64,000 bases of DNA, taken from contig MU057560.1 of assembly GCA_013265495.1 (NCBI GenBank), forward strand, positions 1 through 64,000, in the 5' to 3' direction. Every line of letters begins with the position of its first letter. The first letter of the stretch is position 1. Both the position numbers and the translations under genes were made by a program. The DNA is from Vicugna vicugna. Its lineage: Eukaryota. This document shows, piece after piece, positions 24,771-37,790 of the stretch. The notes under the pieces were generated by a model. That model saw only the letters and a list, made by a program, of their open reading frames with translations. It had not been told where the DNA came from and searched no databases.

Positions 24771-24915
24771 GGGCAAGATGATTCTCCAGGACATTAGTCC
24801 CCCATCTCCTTGATCTGCTGGCTTTCTGAATAAAGTCGTTATTCCTTCCCCAAAACCTCATCCCTGATTTATTGGTCTGTCATGTGACATTCAGAATGAA
24901 TCTGGACTCAGTACA
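24771..24915 (+). mobile_element. ERV1-type LTR 3' portion (R/U5; MER41-like family of Laurasiatheria)
   Basis: agatgattctccaggacattagtcccccatct...tgctggctttctgAATAAAgtcg (24829-24834)...gatttattggtctgtcatgtg...tggactcagtaCA, ending in the LTR CA. Confidence 0.7.
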
Positions 24916-27900
24916 TGCTTAGGGAAAATCCTTAACAAGTTCATCCACATGATGAAGGCCAGTAAGTCTGATTGACCTTGAGTTACTCTATGGTTAATAA
25001 GCTCAAAAAAAAAAAAAAGATAGGTAACAACAGACAAGAAGCTGGCCAGCCAGGAGAAAATACATGCTCCAACTCCTCACACACAAGATCATTTCCCAGG
25101 GAATGTGGGAGCTAGCGCAGACAGGATGCTATCCCTTCCCACTGACGGATTCCTCCCATAGGCAATAAATAATCTTTGCCAGGCATCTCGATAATATTTG
25201 AAGCATGTGGCATGTCATTATGCATATTGCCACTGGTCTCCAAGTGCCGGGATGGAAAGCGATGTGTAATTCCATTAATCAGGGATTTACTGGTGTCTGT
25301 GGTTTGGCGTCATTTATTATCTGAGCAGGGTTAGAACTGAGAAAAAGAAATCTTTCCCATAATCAAAAAGCACTGAATTGAAGGCCAAGCTGTGCGTTGA
25401 ACTGCACCAGGGATGGGATGGGAGAGCTGAGTGAAAGAATACCTGTGATCTTTAGCTTAGGAACTGCCAGAGACCAGCATCACTAACCCAGGTGACTGTA
25501 TATAGAAGTTATCAATAATAAAACACACATTCTGAATACTGAATGCATTAGATAGCAATCCTGCATTCACGATACGCTTTAAAGAGGCTCGCTTTGAAAG
25601 ACTGGGGGATGTCCTGTAAATATTTAATGGAGATGCAAAGGGTAACCATGGAGCTATATACCTGGCAGTTTCCTCTGCAGGGTCTGGCATGTCTTAAGTA
25701 GACAGGGTACCTCTGCATTTACTCCCTCGCTGGACTCTCAGAACAGCATAACAGTCCTCAGATACAGGCAGGGCGTAGATTATGGGACTCTGGATCCCTT
25801 TTCTCAGATTATAAAAATAAAACCCTAGCAGTGGTTATTTGCCAAACCTGCGAAGAGTGGGTGATGGAGCTGTTTTGGGAACCATGACGTGTGTCTCTTC
25901 TCAGAGTACTTTTGCCGCCTCCGCAGGCTGCCTCCCACGAGGAGTAAGGTGCTCTCACGTACCTAGGTCAGCATGATGTCACAAAGGTCAGAGGTTTCTG
26001 AATTGTAGGGGATGCCCAGTGTGTTGTGGGGAGTGAGAAGCTTCAGGAAGGGTCCTCTTCCCGCTTCCACATGGAACCAACATGTCTCTGGCACCTCCAG
26101 GGATGGTCATGCTGGAGCCTTAGAGATGCCATCCTTGTTGGGGATGCGGGTTATGGACATCACGGGAGTTAGCTGTGGAGAGAACGTCTCCTTCTAGGAG
26201 CCCAAGCATCCTCAGACACCAGTTTAAGGGAATCAGAGGTGGGAGAAGTAACATGGCAGCCAGATGTGGGCAATGGTGCGGAGAAAGGCCACAGCCCCTA
26301 GACGCTAGATTATAACTATGACTATTTTCTCAAGAGTCTGATGCAGGAGAGATGTGTGGAAAGTGCCACCAGCCGGAGCTAGGTGGTACTAAGTCTCCTG
26401 TTTAAACCCATCAATCTCCTTTCATACCTGAGCATCACAAAAGAGCTCGCCACCACCACCCACCCCTTCCGGGAACTGCTTTCTAATCCAGAGGGAAAGA
26501 ACTAAGCAAGCTTCAGAGAGGCAATTCAAAAGGAAGATCTGATGACACAAATATAAAAATAGATTAAATATATACTCGAAAACAAGGAATCTCACAATAG
26601 TCAGGAAAACTAAGGGACATACGGTGTTAAAGGGTTGTATTTGTTCAAGAAGTAAGCCATTATGATTTTTTGGGGTGGAGGAAAACTTTATTTTGCCTTT
26701 CAAAATACGTAGCACAAAGTCTATTGATTCTGAAATTTTGATTTTCCCACTAGTAACTATTGGCAACAGACTAGAATTTTTGTTTTGCTTTGTTTTACAC
26801 CCCTGATATGACTCCGTAAAACCTGAAGGTCCCTAGAGAGGGCTGTTCCAGGAGACAGCCTGGGAGTGCCTGCAGGGCAGCAACATAAAGTTTGGTTAAT
26901 CATTGCTGCTATGATTTTATTTGTGCTGATATGAAGTAAGGTTTTGGATCAAAAATAGACATGTACATGTATGTATATAAATATATACATATGTGTGTAT
27001 GTTTATACACGCACAATATATAGTTTTATGTATCATTATATATATGCACATTAACACATACATGTATAAACTCACTTGGCTATATATTATACCTATATAT
27101 ATTATATGTGTGATAAATATATGTTATACTTTGTTTTATTTGAGAAATATTTGTATTATGTTTTTTAAACTTAATATTTCTAATACTGTCCAAACACCAT
27201 CAAAAAATTCCAAAACACTTGAATATATGCCATAATCAATTTATATGTTTTTACTTCTATCACCTTATTTCATGTGGGTTTTTATGCATTCTTATTATTT
27301 CTACTATCCTATTTTCTGCTCTATCTAGTACATATTGTTTGTGTTACTTTACCTTGCAATTGAGAAGATTTAAATGTCATTTAAATTACTAATAGGAGTT
27401 ACATTTAAATTTCCTTCCAATTTAAGAAGTTATATTTCTGTTGTTAGTGAAATTCAAAATTAATTTCTATTTCAAATTCCTTAGCAGTTAGATAAAGAAT
27501 TGGGTATCCTCAGGATCCTTCTTCTTCTTACAAGTTCTACTAAAAGAGTTTGGTATTTTGAACTTATGTTCCTGTTATTAGTTATTATTTTCATATATTT
27601 TGTAAGAATAAATTCTCAACAATTACAGTTACTTCTGTAACAATTCCACAACTCTTAGATTTATAGGTAACTATCTTCAGTGTTCATAAGAATTCTTATC
27701 GTTTTGCTTTTCCATTCCTAAGTCCTTAATTTGGGTACTTATCTTGTGACTAAAGCACGTCTTTAAGTCTTTTTAAAGACTAGTAGAGTATTGTGTATGT
27801 GAGCGCTGCGATAGCGTAATGTGTTTGTGTTTTCCTGTCGCCTGGATATGTGATTTTCATTGTTCACAGTTAACCTGGCTCTTAAAAGGTGAGAAGCTGG

Positions 27901-28124
27901 AACAGAGAGACCATCGAGGCAGAGGGAAGAATGTTTACAAAGTAAAAGCGGTGGTGAAGAATTATCTTGGGGACAACGGCAAGAGGCTGGTGTGAACAAA
28001 TCCCTCCTGGGCACTCGGAAAGGAATGCGTTCACATGAGGACAGTGTCGTTTGTGGGGTTTTTCATGCAGGGTGAAAGGATTTGGACTTCAGCCTTTAAG
28101 TTTCCTTCACTTTAATTTCTGAGT

Positions 28125-28262
28125 CATTTTATAATGTATATTATATGTATGCAGTAGTAAATGTCGAATTAAGAAAAAGATATGTATGCATGTATTGAGT
28201 ATGCATACTCAAAAATATTTTTAACAATAGTTAAATTTAGAAAATTTTAAAACACCATTGTA
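28125..28262 (+). mobile_element. Possible Charlie7-type 3' end fragment
   Basis: ttttataatgtata...cagtagta...tatgcatactcaaaaatatttttaac...aaaattttaaaacaccattg resembles the recalled Charlie7 right end. Confidence 0.4.
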
Positions 28263-29067
28263 AACAATGGCGGTCAGGAACAAGAATTACACGACAAGCC
28301 TGTGAACTCCAGTGGCTCGCTGGACCACGAAATGGTCAGGGAGCAAGACCAGAGGCTGGGAGACACCCCAGGAGGGCTTTAGTGGGGAGTTACGGGTTCG
28401 CGTGATTTCCTTAGCAGGGCTGACTTACAGCTGAGTCGGTGCTGTTAAAGCATTTCAAAGAGAGTTAAGTATTAGCGCTGGAACACTGAAAAGAAACCCT
28501 CGGGCAGCCTCGTGGCACCTACAGAAGCCTGTCCCTCCCAGTGGCTGTCGCACAAGCCGGAGTGCATCTTCCTACCACTTCGCAGGGTGTCCTTGTGGAG
28601 GCTGCCCTCAGAGGAGATTCCGGAAGCCTGGTCCTGAGCAATGGCAACACAAGTGAGCTGCAGCCCATGAGTTATGCGAAGTTCAAGGAAAGCCACGTAA
28701 AAGGCCATATCAGGCCACAGACCAGCCTGGCTTGCTCAGAGCGACCTGCTCCGCTCTGGCCACCGCTGCCTTTTCCTGGTGAGGCCCTCTGGGGGGTGCA
28801 GCTCCAGCTGTTTTTCCCGCGGCCACGAGGCTGAACTGACCCGCCTGCAGTGCCTTCTGCCCGGTGCCTGCAGAAGTCTCCTTGCAGGGGGCTCGGCCAG
28901 CCGCTGCTGGAATGTGGCCGCCCCGTGCCCTGCCTGCCGCCCTGCTGGCAGTCACCGCTTTGGGATGATTTTAGCATCTCTTCCTGGGAGCTGAGTGCCG
29001 CTCCCCTGTGCTGCTGGCGGAGGCACAGATGATCTCCGTGGAAGTTTTTCAAAAGACAGAAGAAGTT

Positions 29068-29378
29068 GGACTACCTTTCTAGGACTGCCACAACGAGACA
29101 GACTGGGGGACTTACGCAATAAAAAACGCATTTCCTCATGGTTCTGGAGCCAGAAGTCCAGAATCAAGGTGTTGATGGGCCTGGTGTCCCCTGAGGCTCC
29201 TCTCCTTGGCCCGCACACAGCTGCGTTCCTCCTGTGACCTCACATGGTCTTCTGTGAGTGACAGTGTGTCCTAATCTCTTCTCCTTGTAAGAATTACCTT
29301 TTTAAAGACCAAAGAAAGTTACATTGGGGGTTAGTACTTCAACATAGCACGTGGGGACATAATCTAGCACCTATGAGT
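29068..29378 (-). mobile_element. MaLR LTR (MLT1A/MLT1C-like)
   Basis: catttcctcatggttctggagccagaagtccagaatcaaggtgttg...ctgaggctcctctccttggc...cctcacatggtct...attgggggttagtacttcaacata...ggggacataatctag. Confidence 0.85.
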
Positions 29379-29924
29379 AGCCATTTAAAGCTTAAAGATA
29401 TTCATAACATTTGACCAAGCAAGCTTACTTCTGGAGTTTCACTCTATGGATAAACCTAAAATTTAGACAAGCTTTTAGGCAGAAGGATGCTAATAAAAGT
29501 GTCATTCATTTATTATATTGGAAGATTCACTAGCAGTCTAGTGGAAGAACCCATCTCAAGAAAATAGTCAATTTTAGGAGTTCCAACCTTCAGAGAGGGA
29601 AGATGAGGTGGCAAGACGGGAAAAAGCATTGGGAGGAGCAGGCTGGGCACTGAGACAACCATGGGGAGAGCAGATGGAGTTTCACCAGCCTTGTGAGTGC
29701 AGATTTTGAGTAAATAGAGAGCATCCTGGAGAAGTTATTTAGGAAGTCATGCTGTGCAATGTCCTATATAATTCTGTTGCCAAACTCGTAAGAAAGAAAG
29801 TCTTCCATAACAATCCATGTGATTCTTGAGGACTTTGGCCAATGTGCTCAGAGTCTTTTGTATGTGGTCATCAGCTGAAATTCATCATTGTGTGGCTCGG
29901 TCTTTTAATGTTTACATTTTAAAG

Positions 29925-30000
29925 TTTTATTTTTATTTTTTTTTAAATATAGTCAATTTACGATGTTGTGCTAATTTCTGGTGTACAGCAGAGTGATCGA
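29925..30000 (-). mobile_element. Very short cetartiodactyl L1 3' tail
   Basis: Poly-T followed by aatatagtcaatttacgatgttgtgctaatttctggtgtacagcagagtgat. Confidence 0.8.
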
Positions 30001-30002
30001 CT

Positions 30003-33000
30003 ATGGTGAAAGATATATCATGCTAATACTGATCAAAAGAAATAAAGAGTAGCTGTAGTAATTTCAGACAGGACAGACTCCAAAGTGAGGAGTTATCAGG
30101 AATAAAGTTATCACACGATAGAAAAGAAGTCAATTCTTCATGAAGACATGACAACTCTAAACATGTATACACCTAAAACAGAGGCAAATATTTGAGGCAA
30201 AAACTGATAGAACTTCAAGGGCAAATAGATGAATTTACTCGTAGTTGTAGATTTCAACATCCCTCTCTCAGAATGGACAGATCCAGCAAAGAGGATTTGT
30301 GTAAGAACACAGGTGAATTTAGCACCAACATCAATCAACTGGATATAATTGACATCTATAGACTATTTCATCCAACAGCAGAATATGCATATTTCTGAAC
30401 CTCACATAGAATATTAACCAAAACAGACAAAATTCTGGATCTTGAAACACATCTTAACAGAATTAAAAGAATAGAAATCATACAAGTCACTCTCAGACCA
30501 CAGTGAAACTAGAAATCAATAACAGAAATATAATGCTAAAATCCCCAAATGTACTGAGATTAAAGAATACATTTCTAAATAAAACATGGGTGAAAGGAGA
30601 TATCTCAAGAGGAATTAAAAGTAGTTTTTAACTAAATAAAAATAAAAACACAAATTATCAAAATTTGTGGGTTGCAGTAAAAAGCAGGGCTTAGGGGGAA
30701 AATCTGTAGTATTGAATGCACATGTTAGAAAAAAAAGATCTAAAATCAATAATCTAAGTTCCTTAGAAAACTAGAAAGTAAAAGAACAAATTAAACCTCA
30801 TGTAAGCAGAAGAAAGGTAATGAGAACAATTAAAGCACAAATCAATGAAATTAAAAGCAGGAAATCAATAGAGAAAATAGCAAAACCAAAAGATGTTTCT
30901 TTGAAAAGGTCAATAAAATTGATAGGCCTCTAGCCAGGCTAACTAAGAAAAAAAGAGAGAAGACACAATTACTAATATCAGACATGAAAGAGGGGGCATC
31001 ACCAAAGACCCCATAGCAATTAGAAGAATAATGATGGAATAATATAAAAACTCTATGCCCATAAATTTGATAACATAAATGGAATGGATCAACTTCTTGA
31101 AAGATGCAATCTGCAAATCTCACACAGGAATAAACAGATGATCTGAATATACCTATACCTATGAAATAAATTGTATCAATAACCAATGAAGTTCCAAAAC
31201 AGAAAACACCAGGTCCAGATAGGTTTACAAGTTAATTCTACCAAATATGTAAGAAAGAAATTAAATCAATTCTCTGTCATCTCTTTAAGAAGGTAGCAGC
31301 AGAGGTAACACTTACTAATTTCTTCAATGAGATCAGCATCACACTAGCAGCAAAACCAGACAAAGACATTACAAGAAAAAAAGTTATAGACCAATATGTC
31401 TCATGGAGATAGATGCAGAAATTCTTAACAAAAATTGGCATCAAATGCAAAGGCATAAAAAAATTGTACTCCCTGACAGTAGGATTCATCCCAGTTATAC
31501 ATGGATGGTACAACATTTGAAAAACAGTTGATGTAATTCATCATGTCAAAAGACAGAAAGAGAAGAATCACATGATCAAATCAATAAATGTATATAAAGC
31601 ATTAAAAAAATCTAACACACAGTCATGATCAAAACTCAATACACTAAGAACAGAGGGGAACTTTCTCAACTTGCTAAAAACTATCTACAAAAAACCTACA
31701 GAGAACATTATACTTAATGGTGAAAATCTCAAGCTTTCCCACTAAGATCAGGTACAAGGCAAGGGCGTCCCCTCTCACCACTCCTTTTAACATCATGCTG
31801 TGAATCCTACCTACAGCAATAGGCAAGGAAAGGAAATAAAAGGTGTACAGGTTGGGAAGGAAACATAAAATTGTCTGTTCACAGATAATGTGATCATCTA
31901 TGTAGAAAATCTGAAAAAGTCTCCTACAACAAATAAGGGATAATAGGAAGGCTGCAGAATAAAAAGTCAATATACAAATGTCGATTGCTTTCCTGTATAG
32001 CAACAACGAATAAGTGGAATTTGAAATGAAAAACATAACACCATTTACAGTACTACTCCTCTTAAATGAAATACTAAGGCATAAAACGTGTACAAGATCT
32101 ATGTGATGAAAACTACAAAACTGTAATGAAATAAAATAGAACTAAACAAATAGATATTCCATGTTCATGGACAGGAAGACTTAACATTGTCTGTATATCA
32201 GTTCTTCTCAGCCAGTCCCAGACAAAATCTCAAGAAGTTATTTTATGGATATGAACAAACTAATTATAAAGTTTAGATGGAGAGCCAGCAGACCCAGAAT
32301 AACCAACACAGTGTTGAATGAGAAGAACAAAGTTGGAGGACTGGCATTGCCTGACTTCAAGAAAAACGATAAAGCTACATGGTCAAGACAGCACAGCACT
32401 GGTGAAAGAACAGAGGAATAGATCCATGGGACGGAGCAGAGAACCCCAGAATCGACCTCCTTAAACAGTCAGCACAACTTTGGCAAAGAAGCAAAGGCAA
32501 AACAAAGGAGGGAAGACAGTCTCTCCAGCAAGGTGCTGTAACACCTGGAGATCCACATGCAAAAAAGTAAACGTAGACACAGACATCACACCCTTTACAA
32601 AAATGAACTACAAATGAATCATGGCTCCAAAACCTCACATTATAAAACCCTCAAATACCATATAGTATCACTTTTATGTGTAATCCCCCCAAAATGACAC
32701 AAATGAGCTTATTTACCAAAGAGAAACAGATTCACAGACACAGTCAACAAACTTACGGTTACCAGAGGGGAAGGCGGGCGTGGAGGGATGACGTTGGAGC
32801 CCAGGATTTGCAGATACACACTGCTATGCTAAAACAGATGAACTGCAAGGTCCTACTGTGTCACGCAGGGAACTGTATTCAATACCTTGGAACAGCTTAC
32901 CATGAAAAAGAATATGAAAAGGAATATATATATATATATTATAACTGAATCATTGAGCTGTGCATCAGAAATTAGCACAACTCTGTAAACTGACTATACT

Positions 33001-34130
33001 TCAATAAAAATAGATAGATAAAAATATTTTAAAATAATAAAACCCTTAGAAGTTCATATCAGATAAAGCCTCGATGACCTTGGGTATGGTTACGCTTTTT
33101 TAGATACAACTTACAAAAGACACAGTCCAGGAAAGAATTGATAAGTTGGACAATTAAAATCGAAAATGTCTGCTCTGTGAAAGACAATATCAAGAAAATT
33201 AGAAGACAAGCCACTTAGAAAACTGGGAGAAAATATTTGCAAAACACACAGAAGATAAGATGTTTTCATCCCAAACATACAAAGAACCCTTAAAATTTGA
33301 CCATAAGAAAGCCAAAAACCTCATTAAAAAATGGGACCAAGACCTTAACAGGCACCACACCAAAGAAAATATACAGATGGCAAACAAGCATGCCTCATAT
33401 CCTACGTCCTCAGGGACATTCAAATTAGAACATCAGTGAGACATCACTGCGCACCTGTTAGAAAGGCCAAAACTCAGAGCAGCGACACCGCCAAGCAATG
33501 ATGAGGGTGTGGAGCAGCAGGAACACTCATTCATTGCGGTGGGAATGCAAAATGATGCAGCCACTTTAGAAGACAGCTTGGCCATTTCTTACAAAACTGA
33601 AAATACTTTTACTATCCTTTCCAACAGCTGTGCTCCCTGGTACTTACTCAGAGGAGTGGAAAACTTACGTCCTCACAAAAAACTGCACATGGATGTTTAT
33701 AGCAGCTTCACTCATAATTGCCAAGCTTGGAAGCAACCAAGATGTCCTTCAGTAGGTGAATGGATCAATAAATCACGGTGCATCCAGACGGTGGAATATT
33801 ATTCAGCACTAAGAAGAAATAAGCTATTAAGCCATGAAAAAATACAGGGAAACCTTAAATGCATTTTTTTAAGTGAAAGAAGTCAAGTTGAAAAGGCAAC
33901 ATTCTGTATGATTCCAACTCTATGACACTCTGGAAAAGTCAAAAGTACAGAGATGGTAAGAAGTTCAGTGATTGTTGAAATGCATTTCAAAAGATGAAAA
34001 GGCAGAGTACAGGGGATTTTTTTAAAGCAGTGAAAATACCCTTTATGATATTGTAATGGTGGATACGTGCTGTTAGAAGCTTGCCAAGACCTACAGAGTG
34101 TACAACACCAAGAGTGAATAATAAGGTGGA
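30003..34130 (+). mobile_element. Old 5'-truncated LINE-1 (L1MC1/2-like): decayed ORF2 plus 3' UTR
   Basis: Endonuclease remnants (KIYHANT.QK near 30010; ORF 30192-30398 INQLDIIDIYRLFHPT). RT motifs GTRQG.PLSP (~31751) and FTDNVIIYVEN in place of FADDMIVY (31878). C-terminal WKQPRCPSVGEWINK (ORF 33509-33925). L1MC-type 3' UTR gtacaacaccaagagtgaa. Many stops and frameshifts. Confidence 0.92.
32652..33036 (+). mobile_element. Younger camelid-type L1 3' tail nested in the L1MC element
   Basis: caaataccatatagtatcact...aaatgacacaaatgagcttattt...gactatacttcaataaaaa, flanked by TSD ataaaaccct at 32642-32651 and 33037-33046. Confidence 0.9.
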
Positions 34131-37100
34131 CTCCCGTTGTCTCAACCCCGTCATCCACGAGCATGTGAGTCAGCTCCCGGCTCCCATGGCTCTTCCTGTG
34201 CTAGTCCTTATGGTTAAGTGTGCTTCTCCCACTAGCCTCGCTAGTCCACGAGACAGTAGCATCCTTTCAACCCGAGATCAGGTAAAGTACCCTCCTGGGA
34301 GCTTTCCCTAGTCTCCCAGAGAGATGAATGCTCTTTTTGCAGCATGCGTCACACAATACGGTGATTTCTTGGCTAATGTTTTTGTCTGCCTTGTGACACA
34401 ATCTCCCTAAAGAGTGGGGCAGGGAATCTCGACCCTAGCAAGGAGGCTGACCTCTCTGGCGTGCACTAGGATCTCAGCAGCGTCTGATGAAGACAGTGAT
34501 ACAACCAAAGGATATTTGGTCCTGGGTCTGCCATTATTTATTGGCTCTATGAATTCCGAAATCTTCAGAACATTCCTGAAATCTACTCTCTTCATTTGCA
34601 GAACAGAGATAACAACCATACCTTCCTGGCTAGTTATTCTGAGTATTAAGTTCATTGTTCTTTTTAAGAATGTTTTACAAATTATGTTTATTAAACATGC
34701 AATAACATTTTCAATGTTTCCTTTCTCAGCTGGGTTTGATAATTATATGATGCAAATGACACAGCCATGTCCCATGCAAATTTGTCCCAAATTACATGTG
34801 AGATACTTACATTAAGTAAGTAAATAAAATTTATTTATTGTGTATTGGAAATTCAAAAAACAAACAAGCATGAAAGGCTGACGGAGCCTAATGATTTTCC
34901 TTTTAAATGAATTTCCAGGCAGGATCTGTAAGAACGTGTCCACACGGCTGAAGGTCATTTTATACCCTTGGAAATGTTAGCAACATATTCCCCAGGAAGA
35001 AGCGTGTCCTTAGATAAAGTGGTAAATGGTGCTTGAAAGCAGAAAGATCAAGAAAGTGCCAGGGCCACGCAGCAATTATGATGTCTCCGCCTCATGTCAG
35101 CAGATGAGTCCTGATGTCTGTCAATCTAAAAGCCAGGAGTTCTGTCCCTGCATCTAAAACTCTGTGCTCTTTGAACACAACAAATATAGGAAAAGAAGCA
35201 AAAGTGTCAAAAAAAAAAAAAAAAGGAAAGAGAGAAAAACTATAGCTCGAAAAGCGTACAAAAGCATACAGTTCTTCTGCTGTCATAATCTGGCCAACAG
35301 GGTAAACAATTTGGATCCTCTAATCTCTCTGAAAGGTCTCATGATGAAGTATCTTTCTCTTTGTGTAGAAGTCACAATTCAAATCGTTTGGGACATCTGT
35401 GCACCTTACAATAACACAGGTAATCATGTTGCACAAGCGGGGATCTGAAACGTGCATCCGAGCTAAATTCAGTGAGAGAGTTCTCAAGTGAGGGAGGTGT
35501 GTTTTATTTGCTGAATGTTGAAACTAGAGCTTTGAACCAGATGATGAAAGGGTTTTATTTAGAACAGGGCAGAGTGGATACCACACAGTCGTCAAGGGAA
35601 ATATGCTTGAAGATTATCCCTGTGTTTGCCTCCAACGATTAGATTAAAACATAGTCATTACTAAAAGCGTTGGGATATATAGAATTTTTCAGTGTAAAAT
35701 TGCCTAATATGACACATATCTGTCTATTAGATTTCTAGTCACCACCTAACGTTGGGCCAATCTAACAAGGTAATCTCTGCCCCACAGTCTCCCGCACGCG
35801 AGTCTCTGGATGCTGGAAGGGGAAGAGAATCCCGGCTGAAGAATGAAGCCCGGGGAAGGCACTGCGTCTGGAGCCCCGGCGCTGGGGTCTAGGACGGGGG
35901 TGAGTGTCAGAGCGAAGTTGCCACGGCAACCTGGTTTCTTATGCGTTACCGTGGAGTAACTGGGATTCAAACTTAATGGGATTTAAAGGTGGAAACCATC
36001 GCCTCATATTAACCCCTCAGCACAACGTAGGTGAGGCCGGCACTGCCCTCCAGAAGCCTGCGCTTCAGGCATAAGTGCGTCTCAAAACGAACCCTCCACG
36101 TTTGCCTCCCGGGATGGCTAGCAGCTCCAGCAGGCACGGGGCGTGCGTGCCCCTCCTCACGCCCAGCAGCGGCTGCCCTTCGCTGAGTATGTCCAAGCTC
36201 TTCACAGACCCGCCCCTGCCCCTGCCTCTCACAGGAACCCCCGAGGATACTGTTGAGGAAACTGAGTCCCAGAATAGAAGCAACTTACCCAAGGCCACAG
36301 GGGCTCAAAGCCAGCTCTCCTTTTCAAGACATCGTGTTGCCTTGTCTCGCTGGTAAGACTTCCACCTCTGGGGATGTAAAGACAGGCCCAAGTTGGCTGG
36401 ATCTCTGGGACCTCAGGGATGTGTTCATGTTCAGTAAAGCATCTGAGCTCAGCACCTGCTTGTATTGGGGTGCCTTCCTCCGTTTTTCTAAAAACTGCCA
36501 GGACTTTGAATCCCTCAGTTTCACCTTTCTCATCTTGTCACATTTCATTCTGTGCACGAGCTCCTGGCGTCACTCCTGCGAACTTGCCCCTGGGGACCCC
36601 CCGCACCCGGGACACAGAGCTGCCGCCTTCTCCAGGGGCCTCAGGGTCGCTAGGCGGAAAGGAAGGGTGCGCCTTCCCGTGGCCTTGTCTCAGGCACGGA
36701 CGCAGACCCATCCTCTCGCTCTGCTCCACAAAGCTGGGATGCTACAATGATTAACAAAGCTGCACTTCATAGCTGGATTTTAAAAATTAAAAAATAAAAA
36801 ATGAAAAAGCAAAATCTGTCGAGCATGCTCTTTCCTTGAGGGTCTCCAGGGGCTGACATCTGACATCCTTCTTGGCTACCAGTCTGTGGCTTGGATTCCT
36901 TCCTCAGAACAGAGACCCCATTCCTGCCTTCACTCTTTCCCTGGCTCCAGGTCCCTCATCCACCTTCTCTCACATATACCAGAGGAAGACAGGAAAATCG
37001 TTACAGACCAAAATAGAATCTCTGCAGTGATGTGTCTGTCCCCTCGCTCCTACCCCTCAGGAAAGAGTGATCTGTGCAATAATTGCTCTTTCTCTCTTCT

Positions 37101-37656
37101 TTTTTCTTCAGTTGCCTTCTATGCTTGGCTCAGTTACTTAAGATCTTTATATAACCAAAGGCCGTTAAAGTATTTTCCCAAATGAACGCTCAGTCCTCCC
37201 ACTGAGATAAATTATGTTGTCACCCCTCACATGCAGACAGTGAAGCTGAAAAAATAGCTAGCTTTAAAGTAATGTTCCCAGAGTTCTGTAACATGTGTAT
37301 CTGCCTCGAAAAATTATATTAACATCTTAAAGAATGAACTCAAGGGAACCACTGGAGGTTTTAGGCAAGGTTTTGAAAACGATGCGTCTACGTTCACCAC
37401 ATTTAAGAACTGCCACGTAGCGCTGAATTAGCTCTTACTTCGATACCATAGTGCTCTGGGTACACTCCCAGTTTGCATCTGAGATATTTGAGGCCCAACA
37501 ATATTAAATATATCCCCAGGCCATAAAGTGGCCAATCTAGGTTCTAGAATCAGCTTCTGACTCCCAGTCCACTGGTCTTGCCACTGTATGAAGTTGGTGG
37601 CCAGAAGCCATGGATCGCCAAGGAAATCTAGACATCAGAGAAGACAGAAGTGCAGT

Positions 37657-37790
37657 ACCTTCTGGGGAGTAATTAGGTGTGTGTGTGTGTGTGTGTATAT
37701 GTTTTTTTTAATGGAGGTCCTGGGGATCGAACACAGGACTTCTTGCATACTAAGCATGTGCGCTGCCACTGAGCCGTGCTCCACCTCTGC
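37657..37790 (-). mobile_element. Camelid tRNA-Ala-derived SINE (Vic-1-like) with internal (CA)n
   Basis: The reverse strand reads ggctcagtggcagcgcacatgcttagtatgcaagaagtcctgtGTTCGATCCccaggacctcca-A8-(ca)n-cctaattactcccc. A and B boxes are present. TSD aagtgcagt at 37648-37656 and 37791-37799. Confidence 0.88.

Noticed and set aside
28541..28834. Protein-like ORF (LVEAALRGDSGSLVLSNGNTSELQPMSYAKF)
   Set aside because: No family recognised and no convincing donor site. Overlapping ORFs in other frames indicate a GC-rich chance ORF.
30003..34130. Active reverse transcriptase / L1 ORF2
   Set aside because: The catalytic FADD is mutated to FTDN, ORF2 is fragmented and interrupted by an insertion, and there is no ORF1 or promoter.
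37712..37785. tRNA-Ala gene on the minus strand
   Set aside because: It has an encoded CCA plus A-tail, the SINE-specific cctaatta tail, a TSD and disrupted stems. It is a SINE, not a tRNA gene.
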